Assembly: GCA_963698715.1 (NCBI GenBank)
Contig: CAVORW010000004.1
Span: 219,527-283,526 of the forward strand
Reading direction: 5' to 3'
Length of the DNA: 64,000 nt
Source of the DNA: an uncultured Chloroflexia bacterium
GTDB taxonomy: Bacteria; Chloroflexota; Anaerolineae; Anaerolineales; UBA4823
Part shown: piece by piece, positions 19,713-29,785 of the stretch
Layout of the letters: each line of letters starts with the position of its first letter
Position numbering within the stretch: position 1 is the stretch's first letter
Notes under the pieces: model-generated
Databases searched by the model: none
Seen by the model: only the letters and a program-made list of their open reading frames with translations
What the model was told of the DNA's origin: nothing
Program-made: the position numbers and the translations under genes

Positions 19713-20000
19713 TCAGTGTTTTTGCAGCTCGTCCGGGCCGGGTATCTCTCTGGCCGCCCGTTCCAAGACCTCAAACCCTGCAGCGATCAACTGGTCAAAC
19801 TGGACCAAACTTTGTTCCCCTGACATATCCGAAGGCTGGGATTCAACTGGGTGCTTACCTTCGTAATCAGCCAGCATACGCAGCAAGGCGCCTCGCAGCC
19901 CGCTGGCGCGATGCGCCCAGATCGAATCGGCTGACAATCTTTCCAGCTTCGCAACCAGGAACCTGGCCCACTTGCAGCGATCACCCAATTGATCCATCAC
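19713..20000 (-). CDS. Hypothetical protein
   Basis: 95-aa ORF with protein-like composition (KLERLSADSIWAHRASGLRGALL), co-oriented with neighbours. Confidence 0.55.
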   Translation of the reverse strand: MMDQLGDRCKWARFLVAKLERLSADSIWAHRASGLRGALLRMLADYEGKHPVESQPSDMSGEQSLVQFDQLIAAGFEVLERAAREIPGPDELQKH

Positions 20001-20628
20001 TCAACCCCTTCTATCACAGCGGGCCAGAGCTGCCGTCAGATGCTGAAATGAAAATCGCAATTCCGGCTCGCCAAATATTTTCATCGTTAACACTCCCGCA
20101 TAATTTTCAGCCAGTAGTGGCACAAATCCACACAGCGCTCCACCTCAAGCTGCTCCACAATCGGATCGACGAAATCGGGTGGGTAAGCTTCCAGGTTTTC
20201 GAATGCCAGCTCATCCAAACCTCCGGCCCAATCCGCAAGCAGGTCGAGGGTCTGGACCATTTCTGTCCTCCAGCGTTCCAACTCTGTCAGGTTAGCTCTT
20301 TGCCGAACTTCCCGCCCATCCTGATGGACTATATAAGCCCAGGGAGTATGGGAACGGGCAGCTTTGATCGTCTTACGGGCCTTTCGCAGAGCGATATTAC
20401 AGGGTCATCAGCCTGTCCTGGGCGAACATCCATAGGTGGGTGGACGGTATAAGTCAGGTCCCACTCCTGGGAGACGGCGAGCAGCTGATCGACCACTTCT
20501 GGTGTGGGCAAGTTACTGGTTCCATAGTCCAGATCGAACTGGCCGAGTTCAACATCCTGCACTGTTCCAGCCAGATAAACTGCGTTGGTTGCCAGATTGC
20601 CTGGCAGAATGTACGATGTCGTTCCAAT
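20001..20628 (-). pseudogene. Degraded CbiR-like (cobamide remodeling phosphodiesterase, TIM-barrel) gene
   Basis: Fragments across frames: IGTTSYILP..VQDVEL..NLPTPEVV..LTYTVHPP / PWAYIVH..LAFENLEAYP..RCVDLCH / YAGVLTMKIFGE; frameshifts and an apparent internal deletion. Confidence 0.65.
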
Positions 20629-21804
20629 TTAGCTCACAATGGCAGGTTGCATCGTGCACAAGGCAGCCTTCATTCGATCCAGCCCTTCAGTCAGCAGAGC
20701 GCGTGGGCAGCCAAAATTCAAGCGTACAAAACCATCTCCTCCCTGCCCAAAAGGCGATCCATCGCTCAGCGCAACCTTGGCCTGCTCCTGAAAAAACACC
20801 TGGGGGCTGCCATCGATGCCCACCTGCCGACAGTCCAACCAGGCCAAATATGTGCCTTCCGGCCTGGTCATCGTTATGCCAGGCAGCTGGGTGCTGACGT
20901 AATTATAAAGATAGTCCCGGTTGGCCTGCAGATAAACCAGCATCTGGTCCAGCCATTCAGCGCCTTCTCGGTAAGCTGCCAGCGCGGCCGTCTGACCCAG
21001 CAGATTTACCCATCCGACCAGGCCCTGGGTGGCGCCTATATATTTGGCACGCAAATCCGGATTCTCGATCACTGCGAACGAGCATTCCAGGCCTGCCAGA
21101 TTAAATGTTTTACTGGGAGCCATCAGGGTGACCGTGTGGGCGGCGATTTCGGGATCCAGGCTGGCAATCGGGATGTGGCGATGCCCGGAAAAAACCAGGT
21201 CGCCGTGAATTTCATCCGAACAGATGGTCACACCATGCCGCAGACAGATTTCCGCCATCCGCTCCAGTTCACCTTTCCGGAAAACACGCCCGACCGGATT
21301 ATGCGGGCTGCACAGGATGAAAAGGCGGGTTTGGTCCGTGATGCTGGCCTCAAATGCCTCGTAATCAATCTCATAGCTTCCATCCGAGCGCAGTGTCAAT
21401 TCCATTTCCTGACGCTGCATGCCCGCGTTTGGGGGGGCACTCAGGAAAGGATAATAAACCGGCGTCTGCATCAGCACCCCACCGCCATCTGAGCCACCCA
21501 TGGCATGACAGGCAAGATTGAAGCCAGTCACAACGCCCGGGATTAATATCAGCGCCTCCAGATCCACCTGCCAGTCAAAGCGGGCGGCCAACCAATCCTG
21601 AAAAGCCTGTTTCAAAGGCTCATTTTTATCTGGGTAACCAAAAACGCCGTGCTCAACCCGCCTGGCAAGAGCTTCGACAACCGGTTGGGGCGAGACAAAG
21701 TCCATATCTGCCACCCACATCGGCAGGATATTTTCGGCATAATGGTTCCATTTGTTGCTGTTGGTACCGCGCCGGTTGATAATCTGGTCAAAATCATAAA
21801 TCAT
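20629..21804 (-). CDS. MalY/PatB-family PLP-dependent C-S lyase/aminotransferase
   Basis: PMWVADMDF, CSPHNPVG, SDEIH, APSKTFNLAG, RLNFGC; start set at MIYDFD. Confidence 0.9.
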   Translation of the reverse strand: MIYDFDQIINRRGTNSNKWNHYAENILPMWVADMDFVSPQPVVEALARRVEHGVFGYPDKNEPLKQAFQDWLAARFDWQVDLEALILIPGVVTGFNLACHAMGGSDGGGVLMQTPVYYPFLSAPPNAGMQRQEMELTLRSDGSYEIDYEAFEASITDQTRLFILCSPHNPVGRVFRKGELERMAEICLRHGVTICSDEIHGDLVFSGHRHIPIASLDPEIAAHTVTLMAPSKTFNLAGLECSFAVIENPDLRAKYIGATQGLVGWVNLLGQTAALAAYREGAEWLDQMLVYLQANRDYLYNYVSTQLPGITMTRPEGTYLAWLDCRQVGIDGSPQVFFQEQAKVALSDGSPFGQGGDGFVRLNFGCPRALLTEGLDRMKAALCTMQPAIVS

Positions 21805-21966
21805 ATCCTGGTTGGCTTCCTTTCTATGTGAGATCTCAGGGGGTTCTTTGGGAACCTCTGGGCTGGGGAGGATAAGCGGTGGTGTTTTTCCGCTCAATTG
21901 AGATGTATTATAAACCCGCTCAAGCGACCAATCACCTTGCTGGGCGCATGCTGAGGGGATTAAAGA

Positions 21967-22010
21967 ACAAGAGGCAGTTTGCCGGCATGGTCCGCAAACT
22001 GCCTCTTGAT
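21967..22010. terminator. Intrinsic terminator-like hairpin
   Basis: CAAGAGGCAGTTTGC...GCAAACTGCCTCTTG. Confidence 0.6.
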
Positions 22011-22030
22011 ACTTAAACCTGCACTCAGGC

Positions 22031-22747
22031 TCAATTGGAAGAATTCGCCTGCCGATCCAACTGAACCAGTGCCGCCGAATTCAGCGCGATGATGGAGTAG
22101 CGCCGAGATATCTCGCCGGTGTGCGTATCCTGCTCAATATTGCGCGCCCAATTATTGCCGATATGCTGGCCCTGCCAGAACACACCCCCTCCTGAACTGC
22201 CGAGCCGGGCAAAATGACCCGCCTGGAACTGGGGCACATCCGACGCCTGCGATATGGCATCCACCCGAGTCCAAACGACATAGGAGCGATGCCCATCCCA
22301 ATCGATCTGGGCCACCTCATCGCTGATATCCAGCTGGATCTCTTCCCAGGGGGCAAAGTCCGCCGAAGGGAATCCGAGCGAGTCAAACAAACCAGCTCCC
22401 TGCGCGCTTAAGAATTCCAGCACCAAAGTTTCAGGATCGGCGAGCACGATGGTGAATGCACTCAGCGGGGCACGGTCCAGGATCAGCTCTCCATACGTCC
22501 TGTGCAGCGAAATCGTGAGGTATCCTTCCCGGCCCTCTGCCGCCGTCTCTAACAGCGAGAATTTGAAGTGATTATGGGTGACCAGGTAGCGCCCTGCCAT
22601 GATGGTAGCGTGGGAAAAGGCAGGTTTCAAATTGCGATAGCCCTGAAAATAAGTCTGTGCTTGCAGCTCGATAATGACGGTGACGTCCAGGAGACTTTTT
22701 TCAAGCTCGGTGCAGCGCCCCTCCTCGGCAATGTTTGCGGGAAGCAC
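22031..22747 (-). CDS. Trypsin-like serine protease domain, probably 5'-truncated
   Basis: YLVTHNH (His) and GSSGGGV (Ser) motifs; no clear start or signal peptide; abuts a truncated divergent gene. Confidence 0.55.
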   Translation of the reverse strand: MLPANIAEEGRCTELEKSLLDVTVIIELQAQTYFQGYRNLKPAFSHATIMAGRYLVTHNHFKFSLLETAAEGREGYLTISLHRTYGELILDRAPLSAFTIVLADPETLVLEFLSAQGAGLFDSLGFPSADFAPWEEIQLDISDEVAQIDWDGHRSYVVWTRVDAISQASDVPQFQAGHFARLGSSGGGVFWQGQHIGNNWARNIEQDTHTGEISRRYSIIALNSAALVQLDRQANSSN

Positions 22748-24813
22748 CCCAGGTGGCTCTAGAATATCCGGCCGGGCAACTCTTCCTGCTTTCAGCCAGG
22801 CGCAACAACCCGAATTTCTCCCTGCAGGCTGGTGATCTCAGCTACCTGGCATCGATTTGCCGCCATTTGGAGGGCATACCACTGGCGCTTGAGCTGGCTG
22901 CTGCCTGGGTGGACGTGCTTTCCATGGAGAGCATTCTTGACGAAATCCAGGGCGGTTTGGATTTCCTCCAAGCCGCCCGGCGCGATCAGCCGGTTCGGCA
23001 CCACAGTATGCGGGCTGCTATCGACGTCTCCTGGCAGAGACTGGATCAATACGAACGCGATATATTTGCCCAACTCGCCGTCTTTCGGGGCGGCTTCACC
23101 CGGCAAGCTGCCCAGGAAGTCACCGGCGCGGATCTGAACTTGCTCTCCCGGCTGGTGAATAAGTCCTTTCTGCAATATGACCAGGCAAACCAGCGCTTTC
23201 AGACCCACGAACTGCTGCGGCGCTTTGGGGCAGATGAGATGGCTGAGGACAGCCAGGTGGAAATAGCGGTGCGCGACCAGCACAGCAAATTTTATTGCCA
23301 CCAATTGGCGGAAAAAGAGAGGGAGCTTTGGCTGCCTCAGGCGTCCATCGTTTGGGCAGGCCTGGAAGCAGATTTTCGGAACATTGAAGATGCCTGGCGT
23401 TGGTCGGTACAAGGCAGGCGCATCCAAAACCTGCATCAAGCCATTCAAGTTATGTTTGCGTATTACACCTTTAATAACCGGTTGATCGAGGGTATTTCCC
23501 TGGGTGAGTGGACGATGGACCAGTTAACCCCCATAACGTCTCAAATGTTGAAAATGCGGACGGCATCTGGATTTCAGCCAGAATCCTTTCCTGGCAAGCG
23601 AGGTACTATCTAATTTTAGGAAAGTTTGGCCAGGCTGAAAGATTGATAAATCAATCCGAAACCTTGTTCCAGCAATCGGCACCCGCAGGTTTGCCCACGG
23701 AGTTGGATCAAGCGTTCTTGTTTAACACCAAGGGATGGTTAGCCCTCCAAAATAAACACTTCGAGGAAGCTTTAGAATGCGCCGAGAAAAGTCGGCGCCT
23801 GGCAAAACCAGCGGCGACAGGGTGTCGGGATCTTTTTACACAGGAAATCTTGGATTCCTCTATAGCGTTTTCTCCGATTTCGAGATGGCCGAAAGGATGT
23901 ACACCGAATGCATCGCTCTGCTGCGCTCTGAAAATTCCACCATCTTCCTGGCGATAGAACTTGCCAATATGGGTTCGGTGCTTCGAAACCGCATGGATTA
24001 TGCCCGCAGCGAGGCGCTGTTTAGTGAAAGCGCGCTGATAGCCCGATCGCTGAATGAATTTGCGGTAATGGCCAACGCTTTGAGCCAATGGGGAAATCTA
24101 AAATTGTTTCTGGGGGAATTTGGGCGGGCCGTTGAATACCTGCAGCAAGGTCTAGAAGCGGCCAAAGAAATTTTTGATTTCGGATACGAGTCAGTTTGGA
24201 TGGCAGTCCTGGCGAGCGCCTATGCTTTATGCGGCCAATTTACCAGAGCCAGGCAATTAATCGATGAAAGCTTGGCCCTGGCAGAAATCTACCAAGATCC
24301 AGGTCAGCGCGATGAATTATGGATAGGGTCGAACATCAATATATGGATGGGGCGCTATGAGACCGCCCGCAGTTTAATAACCAGAGCATTTTCCTTGCTG
24401 GAGGATAAAGAAGCACTTCGATTTTTCAGGCCCATATTTCATGCGCCCTATGGATCAGTGGGATGGATCGCTTTAGTTGAGAATGATTTCGAGGCAGCCA
24501 GGGAAAACCTACGAGAACAAATCAATTTTTTCCGCTCAATGAGTATGGAGCGTGACGGAAGTGTGGGGCGTGAATGGCGGGCAATCTATATGGCAACGCT
24601 CAGCCTGGCTGAGTGGCGGTTAGGTGATAAAACTGCTGCCCGGCGACATCTTACTGAGTCCCTGGCAACCGCGGTCGAAATTCGCGCCTTTATCACCCTG
24701 CTGCACGTGCTGGCTATCCTGCCGCTGATGTTGGCGGATGAGGAGGATGGGCAAAAGAAAGCCAGGGCAGTTGAGATCAACGCCATGGCAAACAGCCATC
24801 CCTTTATTACTAA

Positions 24814-26218
24814 GGACTTGTGTAAAAATAACTTCCGTTTCATAGAGGCCAAGAGAGAAGAACGGTTAGAATAGAGCCATAATAGCCGATAGCCTCGGAG
24901 CGACCCATGCCGATCTCAGAAATTCATGTCTGTCAGTGTATGCATTGTCAAGGATCAGGAGAACATCCTGATAAGAAGGTTCACAAGCAGATCAATTTGC
25001 TGGTGAGCCGGTTGGATGAACAACAGCGGCGCTGGTTTGTGGCGGTGGAAGCGAGCCGGTATGGTTATGGTGGCGTCCGTTTACTTTCACAAATCACCGG
25101 GATGGATGAGAAGACGATCCAACGCGGGCAGCAAGAGATGGAACAAGGCCTGATCGAGCGCCCAACGGAGCAGGTACGCTCTGCGGGTGGAGGACGTCCT
25201 CGGGTCGAAAAAAAGACCCGGCGATAGAAAACGCACTGCAAGAGATCATTGCTCCTGAAACGGCTGGCAGTCTGATGAGCGATCAGAAGTGGGTGCGCAG
25301 CAGCTTGCGCCATTTGAGTGAAAGGCTGAAAACGAGCGGGCATCTGGCCTGCCCCAAAACCGTGGCGCGCTTATTGAAGCAGGCTGACTACTCGCTCAAG
25401 GCCAATCACAAGCGGCTGGCAGGCTCGCAGCACCCGGATCGCAACACGCAGTTTGAGTACATTGAGACGCAAAAACAGCTCTATTTGAGCCACGGCTGGC
25501 CAGTAATCAGCGTAGATGCCAAGAAAAAAGAGCTGATCGGCGATTTCAAGAATGCTGGACGGGGTTGGTGCCGGACAGCCGAAGCAGTCAACGACCACGA
25601 TTTTGAATCAGAAGCCATTGGCAAAGCAGTTCCCTACGGCATCTATGACTTGGCCCACAATTGCGGCTATGTGTACGTCAGTCAGTCCGCCGACACGGCC
25701 GAATTTGCCGTCGATATGATAGCCCGCTGGTGGCAAGCCTTTGGACAGTACGATTTTCCCCATGCGCCGGCCCTCTTGACGCTCTGCGATGGCGGTGGCA
25801 GTAATGGGTGGCGTTCGCGATTGTGGAAGCTGCAACTCCAGGAGCAGTTGGCTGACCGGCTAAATCTGGAAGTGAGGGTCTGCCATTATCCGAAAAACAC
25901 CTCGAAATGGAACCCGATCGAACATCGCTTGTTCGGCCCGATCAGTCTCAATTGGGCAGGTAAACCCTTACGGACCCTGGAGACTTTGCTGGCTTGCATT
26001 CGCGGTACCACCACACGAACTGGACTGCAGGTAGCCGCCTTCCCAGTGGATCAGGTGTATGTGCGCGGCATCAAAGTGGAAGATGAGGTAATCCAGGGCC
26101 TGAACCTCGAACGGCACTCTACCTGCCCCAACTGGAACTACACGATTCGACCCCGCTCTGTGCCAGGTTGTGCCTGAGATCGGTTATTAAAGTGCGGAAG
26201 TTATTTTTACACTACTCC
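24814..26218 (+). mobile_element. ISAzo13-family insertion sequence
   Basis: IRs GGAcTtGTGTAAAAATAACTTCCG / CGGAAGTTATTTTTACACtAcTCC; TAA duplication at 24811-13 and 26219-21. Confidence 0.92.
24907..26177 (+). CDS. ISAzo13 DDE transposase, two ORFs joined by -1 frameshift at A AAA AAG (25208-25215)
   Basis: GGGRP then ISVDAKKKELIG, CDGGGSN, SKWNPIEHRLF, WNYTI. Confidence 0.9.
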
Positions 26219-26451
26219 TAAGTGCCAGTTTTTCTATGATATAGCCGGCAGGTATATGCAAGCAGTAGAAGCGGCACTGCCGCCCGAAATCGTCGCTGCA
26301 GCCAAAGCGAGGGGTGTTGAATTAGATTTTTGGCCAACGGCTGAAGCTCTGCTTGGCGACCTCAGACAACTGGGTTGGGGAGAAACAGCGCACAGTCAAG
26401 CGCCAGACAGATATACCTCAGAGTAGAAGTACCAGTCAGCATCACGAATGC

Positions 26452-27237
26452 TTAAAGTTTGGCAGCCTGCGCCAAAAGCCATTCATCCAGTTCGACGATA
26501 CCTTCATCCAGCCGAGCGGCGGCAACAATCGGCAGCCAGGACCGATACTCAGCCCGCCCAGCCGGGCGCAGTTTGAAGTAATGATCCAGGTAAATGGCGT
26601 GCAGAAGCTGAATGCCCTGCCGGACAGTCTTTTTCGGCTCGGTAGCTGCTTCACCAAGTGCCAGGATACTTGTTCGCGCAACATCTGCCAGGGGGCTGCC
26701 AATTGATGAATCGATCCAGTCTATAATTGCCAGATTCGACTGGCTGATTAAAATATTTCCGGGATGGAAGTCCCCATGACAGAGGCGGTCTCCATCTGGC
26801 ATGGTCTCCAGGGCTTTGAGCGCCGCAGTTCTGAGCTTATCTGGCAGAGGTTTTGCATCAGTCAATTTGCGTTCCAGCTTGTGCCGAAGCTGGGGTATAT
26901 CCGCCTGCATCGGCTTAGCATGCACCTGTACGTGCAGCTCAGCCAGCTTACGGGCATGCGTAAAGATACGGGTGGGATGTTTAGCCAGGTCGAAAGCCAT
27001 CGACTCGCCCGGAAACCGTTCGTAAAGCAAGCCGTGCCGTCCGGCAATCAAGACGGTGTCCCCCACTGCCGGAACCGGCAAACCTTTTGCATGGATCGCT
27101 GCGGCAATCTGTTGTTCGTAAGCGACATCTTCCGATTTAAACCAATCAAAGTAGAGTTTTACGATCCAGCCCGGCTTCAGGAGATAAATTTCAGCTGTGC
27201 GGCCCACAGCGATGGGATTGCCCAAATTATCATTCAT
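26452..27237 (-). CDS. Aminoglycoside phosphotransferase-like kinase
   Basis: GRTAEIY, LCHGDFHPGNI, IIDW. Confidence 0.85.
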   Translation of the reverse strand: MNDNLGNPIAVGRTAEIYLLKPGWIVKLYFDWFKSEDVAYEQQIAAAIHAKGLPVPAVGDTVLIAGRHGLLYERFPGESMAFDLAKHPTRIFTHARKLAELHVQVHAKPMQADIPQLRHKLERKLTDAKPLPDKLRTAALKALETMPDGDRLCHGDFHPGNILISQSNLAIIDWIDSSIGSPLADVARTSILALGEAATEPKKTVRQGIQLLHAIYLDHYFKLRPAGRAEYRSWLPIVAAARLDEGIVELDEWLLAQAAKL

Positions 27238-27443
27238 CAGTGGTCATGTTATGCTCGCGAAATTATGGCTCATGGGGAAACCCTATCGCTCAGCCGATGT
27301 GTTTTCCAAATCCGGCTGGCCAACGCTGACCACCAGATTTTCGATCAGGTGCGGTTGCGCAACCACATACCTTGCGACTTTTTGGATAGATATTTAATTA
27401 TATATCTTTACTGTAAGCAAAATCGCCCACCGGTCTGGGGCGA

Positions 27444-27638
27444 TAGGGTAATCGCATTTGAAATATTCACAATCGTTTTTGCCCATTCTAACCGGGACTT
27501 GGCACTAACTTAGGTCATAGAAGCTTCTTCGGGGCGATAATTTGCTATCCCGGAGTGTTCCCAGAGCCTGCCGAAGGGCCTTCAATGCACAAAAATGGGT
27601 CTTCGGTCGAGCCAAAAAATCCTAATGCGATTACCCTA
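27444..27638. mobile_element. Non-autonomous ISAs1-type MITE (195 bp)
   Basis: IRs TAGGGTAATCGCATT / AATGCGATTACCCTA; 10-bp direct repeat TCTGGGGCGA at 27434-43 and 27639-48. Confidence 0.85.
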
Positions 27639-27697
27639 TCTGGGGCGATTTAATCGTAACAAGTAGGAATATTTCATCCATTCAGGATATTTTTCAG

Positions 27698-27788
27698 CGG
27701 GGAGGGCGGGATTCGAACCCACGGTCGAGGTTAATGCCCCGACAACCACTTAGCAGGCGGTCCCATTCAACCACTCTGGCACCTCCCC
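27698..27788 (-). tRNA. tRNA-Ser(GCT)
   Basis: GGGGAGG acceptor stem, CT-GCT-AA loop, long variable arm, GTTCGAATC. Confidence 0.95.
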
Positions 27789-27821
27789 TATTTCATGTTT
27801 TAACCCGGCTCCGCCAGGTTT

Positions 27822-27913
<92 letters not shown>

Positions 27914-28172
27914 GGTTTGCTGGGAATCCCTCCCGGGCGGAAAAATTCTACCACATCTGAGGGGGACATGCAACACGCAAACCAAAGGCGGCTGTATTTC
28001 AGCCTTCGGGCGAGAACGGTAAATACCGATCCACATTGGGGATTGTGGCATTTGGCTGCTGAAATCCCCCAAGAGTCATAGGTGGAGATTATGCTATACT
28101 TGCCCAATCTGATTCCTGCCAGTTTTAGAGGGTCCTTGAGAAATCCTAACCGTTTATAGGCAAATTGTATCC

Positions 28173-29690
28173 ATGAAGCATATTGCCCGCTCGACTCTGA
28201 TTGTCGCTGTCTTCTTTGGTTTCGATAAAGTCCTGGGGTTTATCCGGCAGATCCTGGTCGCCCGCCAGTTCGCACTGACCTACAATATCGATGTCTTCAA
28301 TGCTGCCAATAATATCCCCGATCTGCTTTCGGCCCTGATTTCGGGCGGCGCTTTAGGGGTAGCGCTCATCCCGGTCATTTCGGAATATCTGGAACAGCGC
28401 AGCCGCCCTCAGGCCTGGGACCTCTTCTCGCGTATTCTCAACCTGGCTTTTATCGTTACTGCGGTCCTGGCCGTTATCATAGCACTGTTTGCGGATCCAT
28501 TCGTGCGCTATATCATTGTGCCCGGCTTTCCGCCTGCCCAGCAAGCTCTGACCGTCGAACTGATGCGGCTGGATCTGGTTGCGATCTTGATTTTTTCGAT
28601 CAGCGGGCTGGTTATGGCAGGCTTGCAAGCGAACCAGCATTTTTTACTGCCGGCTATGGCGCCAGGGCTGTACAATCTCGGTCAAATTTTCGGCATTGCC
28701 ATCCTTGCGCCGGAAAATGGTCTCACTTTCGGTCCGATCACTCTCCCTGCATTTGGGCTGGGGATCCATGGGCTGGTTTATGGCGTTATCCTGGGAGCCC
28801 TGCTCCATCTTGCGATCCAGGTGCCGGGCCTGATCCGTTACCAATTCCGCTGGCAGCCGGTGATCGGCCTGAATACCCCCGGCGTCCGCCAGGTGCTGCG
28901 CCTGCTTGGCCCGCGGGTCCTGACCATGTTCTTCTTGCAAATGTTCTTTATCGCCCGTGATAACCTGGCCTCCGGTTTGGGAGAAGGAGCAGTGACCGCT
29001 CTAAATTATGGCTGGTTTATTATGCAGGTTCCGGAAACCTTGATCGGAACCGCGCTGGCGATTGCTTTACTGCCCACCCTGTCCGAACAGATCGCTCGCG
29101 GCGAAGAACAGGCTTTCACTGAAACCGTCAATCGGGGCATCCAGGTTATTCTGGCCCTGACGCTGCCCGCCGCGGCTTTGTTGGCAGCGGGCCTGCCACC
29201 CCTGGTACAGGTAGCTTTCGGTTTCGATGAAGCCGGTACTACACTGGTCGTCTGGGCCAGCCGGGCATACCTGCTCGGCCTGACCGGCCACTCTCTGCTG
29301 GAAATATCCGCCCGGTCCTTCTACGCCCAACAAGACGCCCGCACGCCCCTTTTTGCCGCAGCCTTGAATGCCGGGCTGTATATCGTGCTGGCTGTCATTC
29401 TATCCGGCTCCCTTGGCGCCAGCGGGATTGCCCTGGCGAATTCGCTGGCATTTACCAGCGAGGCGCTCTTGCTGCTCTACTTGTTAAATCGTAAGCACCC
29501 CGGTTTGCTGCAGGTGGGCCCAACTCTCGTGAGAGTTGGTCTGATATCTATGGCGGGAGGCTTATTGGTGCTTGCACTGCTCCAGCTGCCTTTTCCCGAA
29601 CTGCTTCTGGTTTTTGCTTCTATAACAGTCAGCGCAATCGCCATGCTGCCGTTCATCTGGCCGGAAGTCAAAACCTTGATTAAATTGTGA
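28173..29690 (+). CDS. murJ: Lipid II flippase MurJ
   Basis: KVLGFIRQ, DVFNAANNIPD, GALGVALIP, FYAQQDARTP, GIALANS. Confidence 0.9.
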   Translation: MKHIARSTLIVAVFFGFDKVLGFIRQILVARQFALTYNIDVFNAANNIPDLLSALISGGALGVALIPVISEYLEQRSRPQAWDLFSRILNLAFIVTAVLAVIIALFADPFVRYIIVPGFPPAQQALTVELMRLDLVAILIFSISGLVMAGLQANQHFLLPAMAPGLYNLGQIFGIAILAPENGLTFGPITLPAFGLGIHGLVYGVILGALLHLAIQVPGLIRYQFRWQPVIGLNTPGVRQVLRLLGPRVLTMFFLQMFFIARDNLASGLGEGAVTALNYGWFIMQVPETLIGTALAIALLPTLSEQIARGEEQAFTETVNRGIQVILALTLPAAALLAAGLPPLVQVAFGFDEAGTTLVVWASRAYLLGLTGHSLLEISARSFYAQQDARTPLFAAALNAGLYIVLAVILSGSLGASGIALANSLAFTSEALLLLYLLNRKHPGLLQVGPTLVRVGLISMAGGLLVLALLQLPFPELLLVFASITVSAIAMLPFIWPEVKTLIKL

Positions 29691-29785
29691 GCGCAGTTAA
29701 AATCTCTCCTAAGGTGGAACCGTAGTCTCTATATTTGTTCCGGACGGAGAAAAACAGGCAGTTTTCGTAATAAAGGAGGGCATAT

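Larger units (their letters stand above)
22735..26426 (+). pseudogene. STAND (NB-ARC/AfsR-like) ATPase-TPR protein, 5'-truncated, frameshifted twice and interrupted by ISAzo13
   Basis: LEGIPLALELAAAW, LAVFRGGF, HELLR; no Walker A; TPR helices in three successive frames; removing the IS restores HPFITKCQFFYDIAG...AAKARG ending TAG at 26426. Confidence 0.8.

Noticed and set aside
20440-21492. 350-aa plus-strand ORF
   Set aside because: Antisense to the well-supported MalY/PatB gene
22031-27697. tRNA-anchored integrative island
   Set aside because: Region is decayed and IS-rich, but no integrase or duplicated tRNA 3' end was seen
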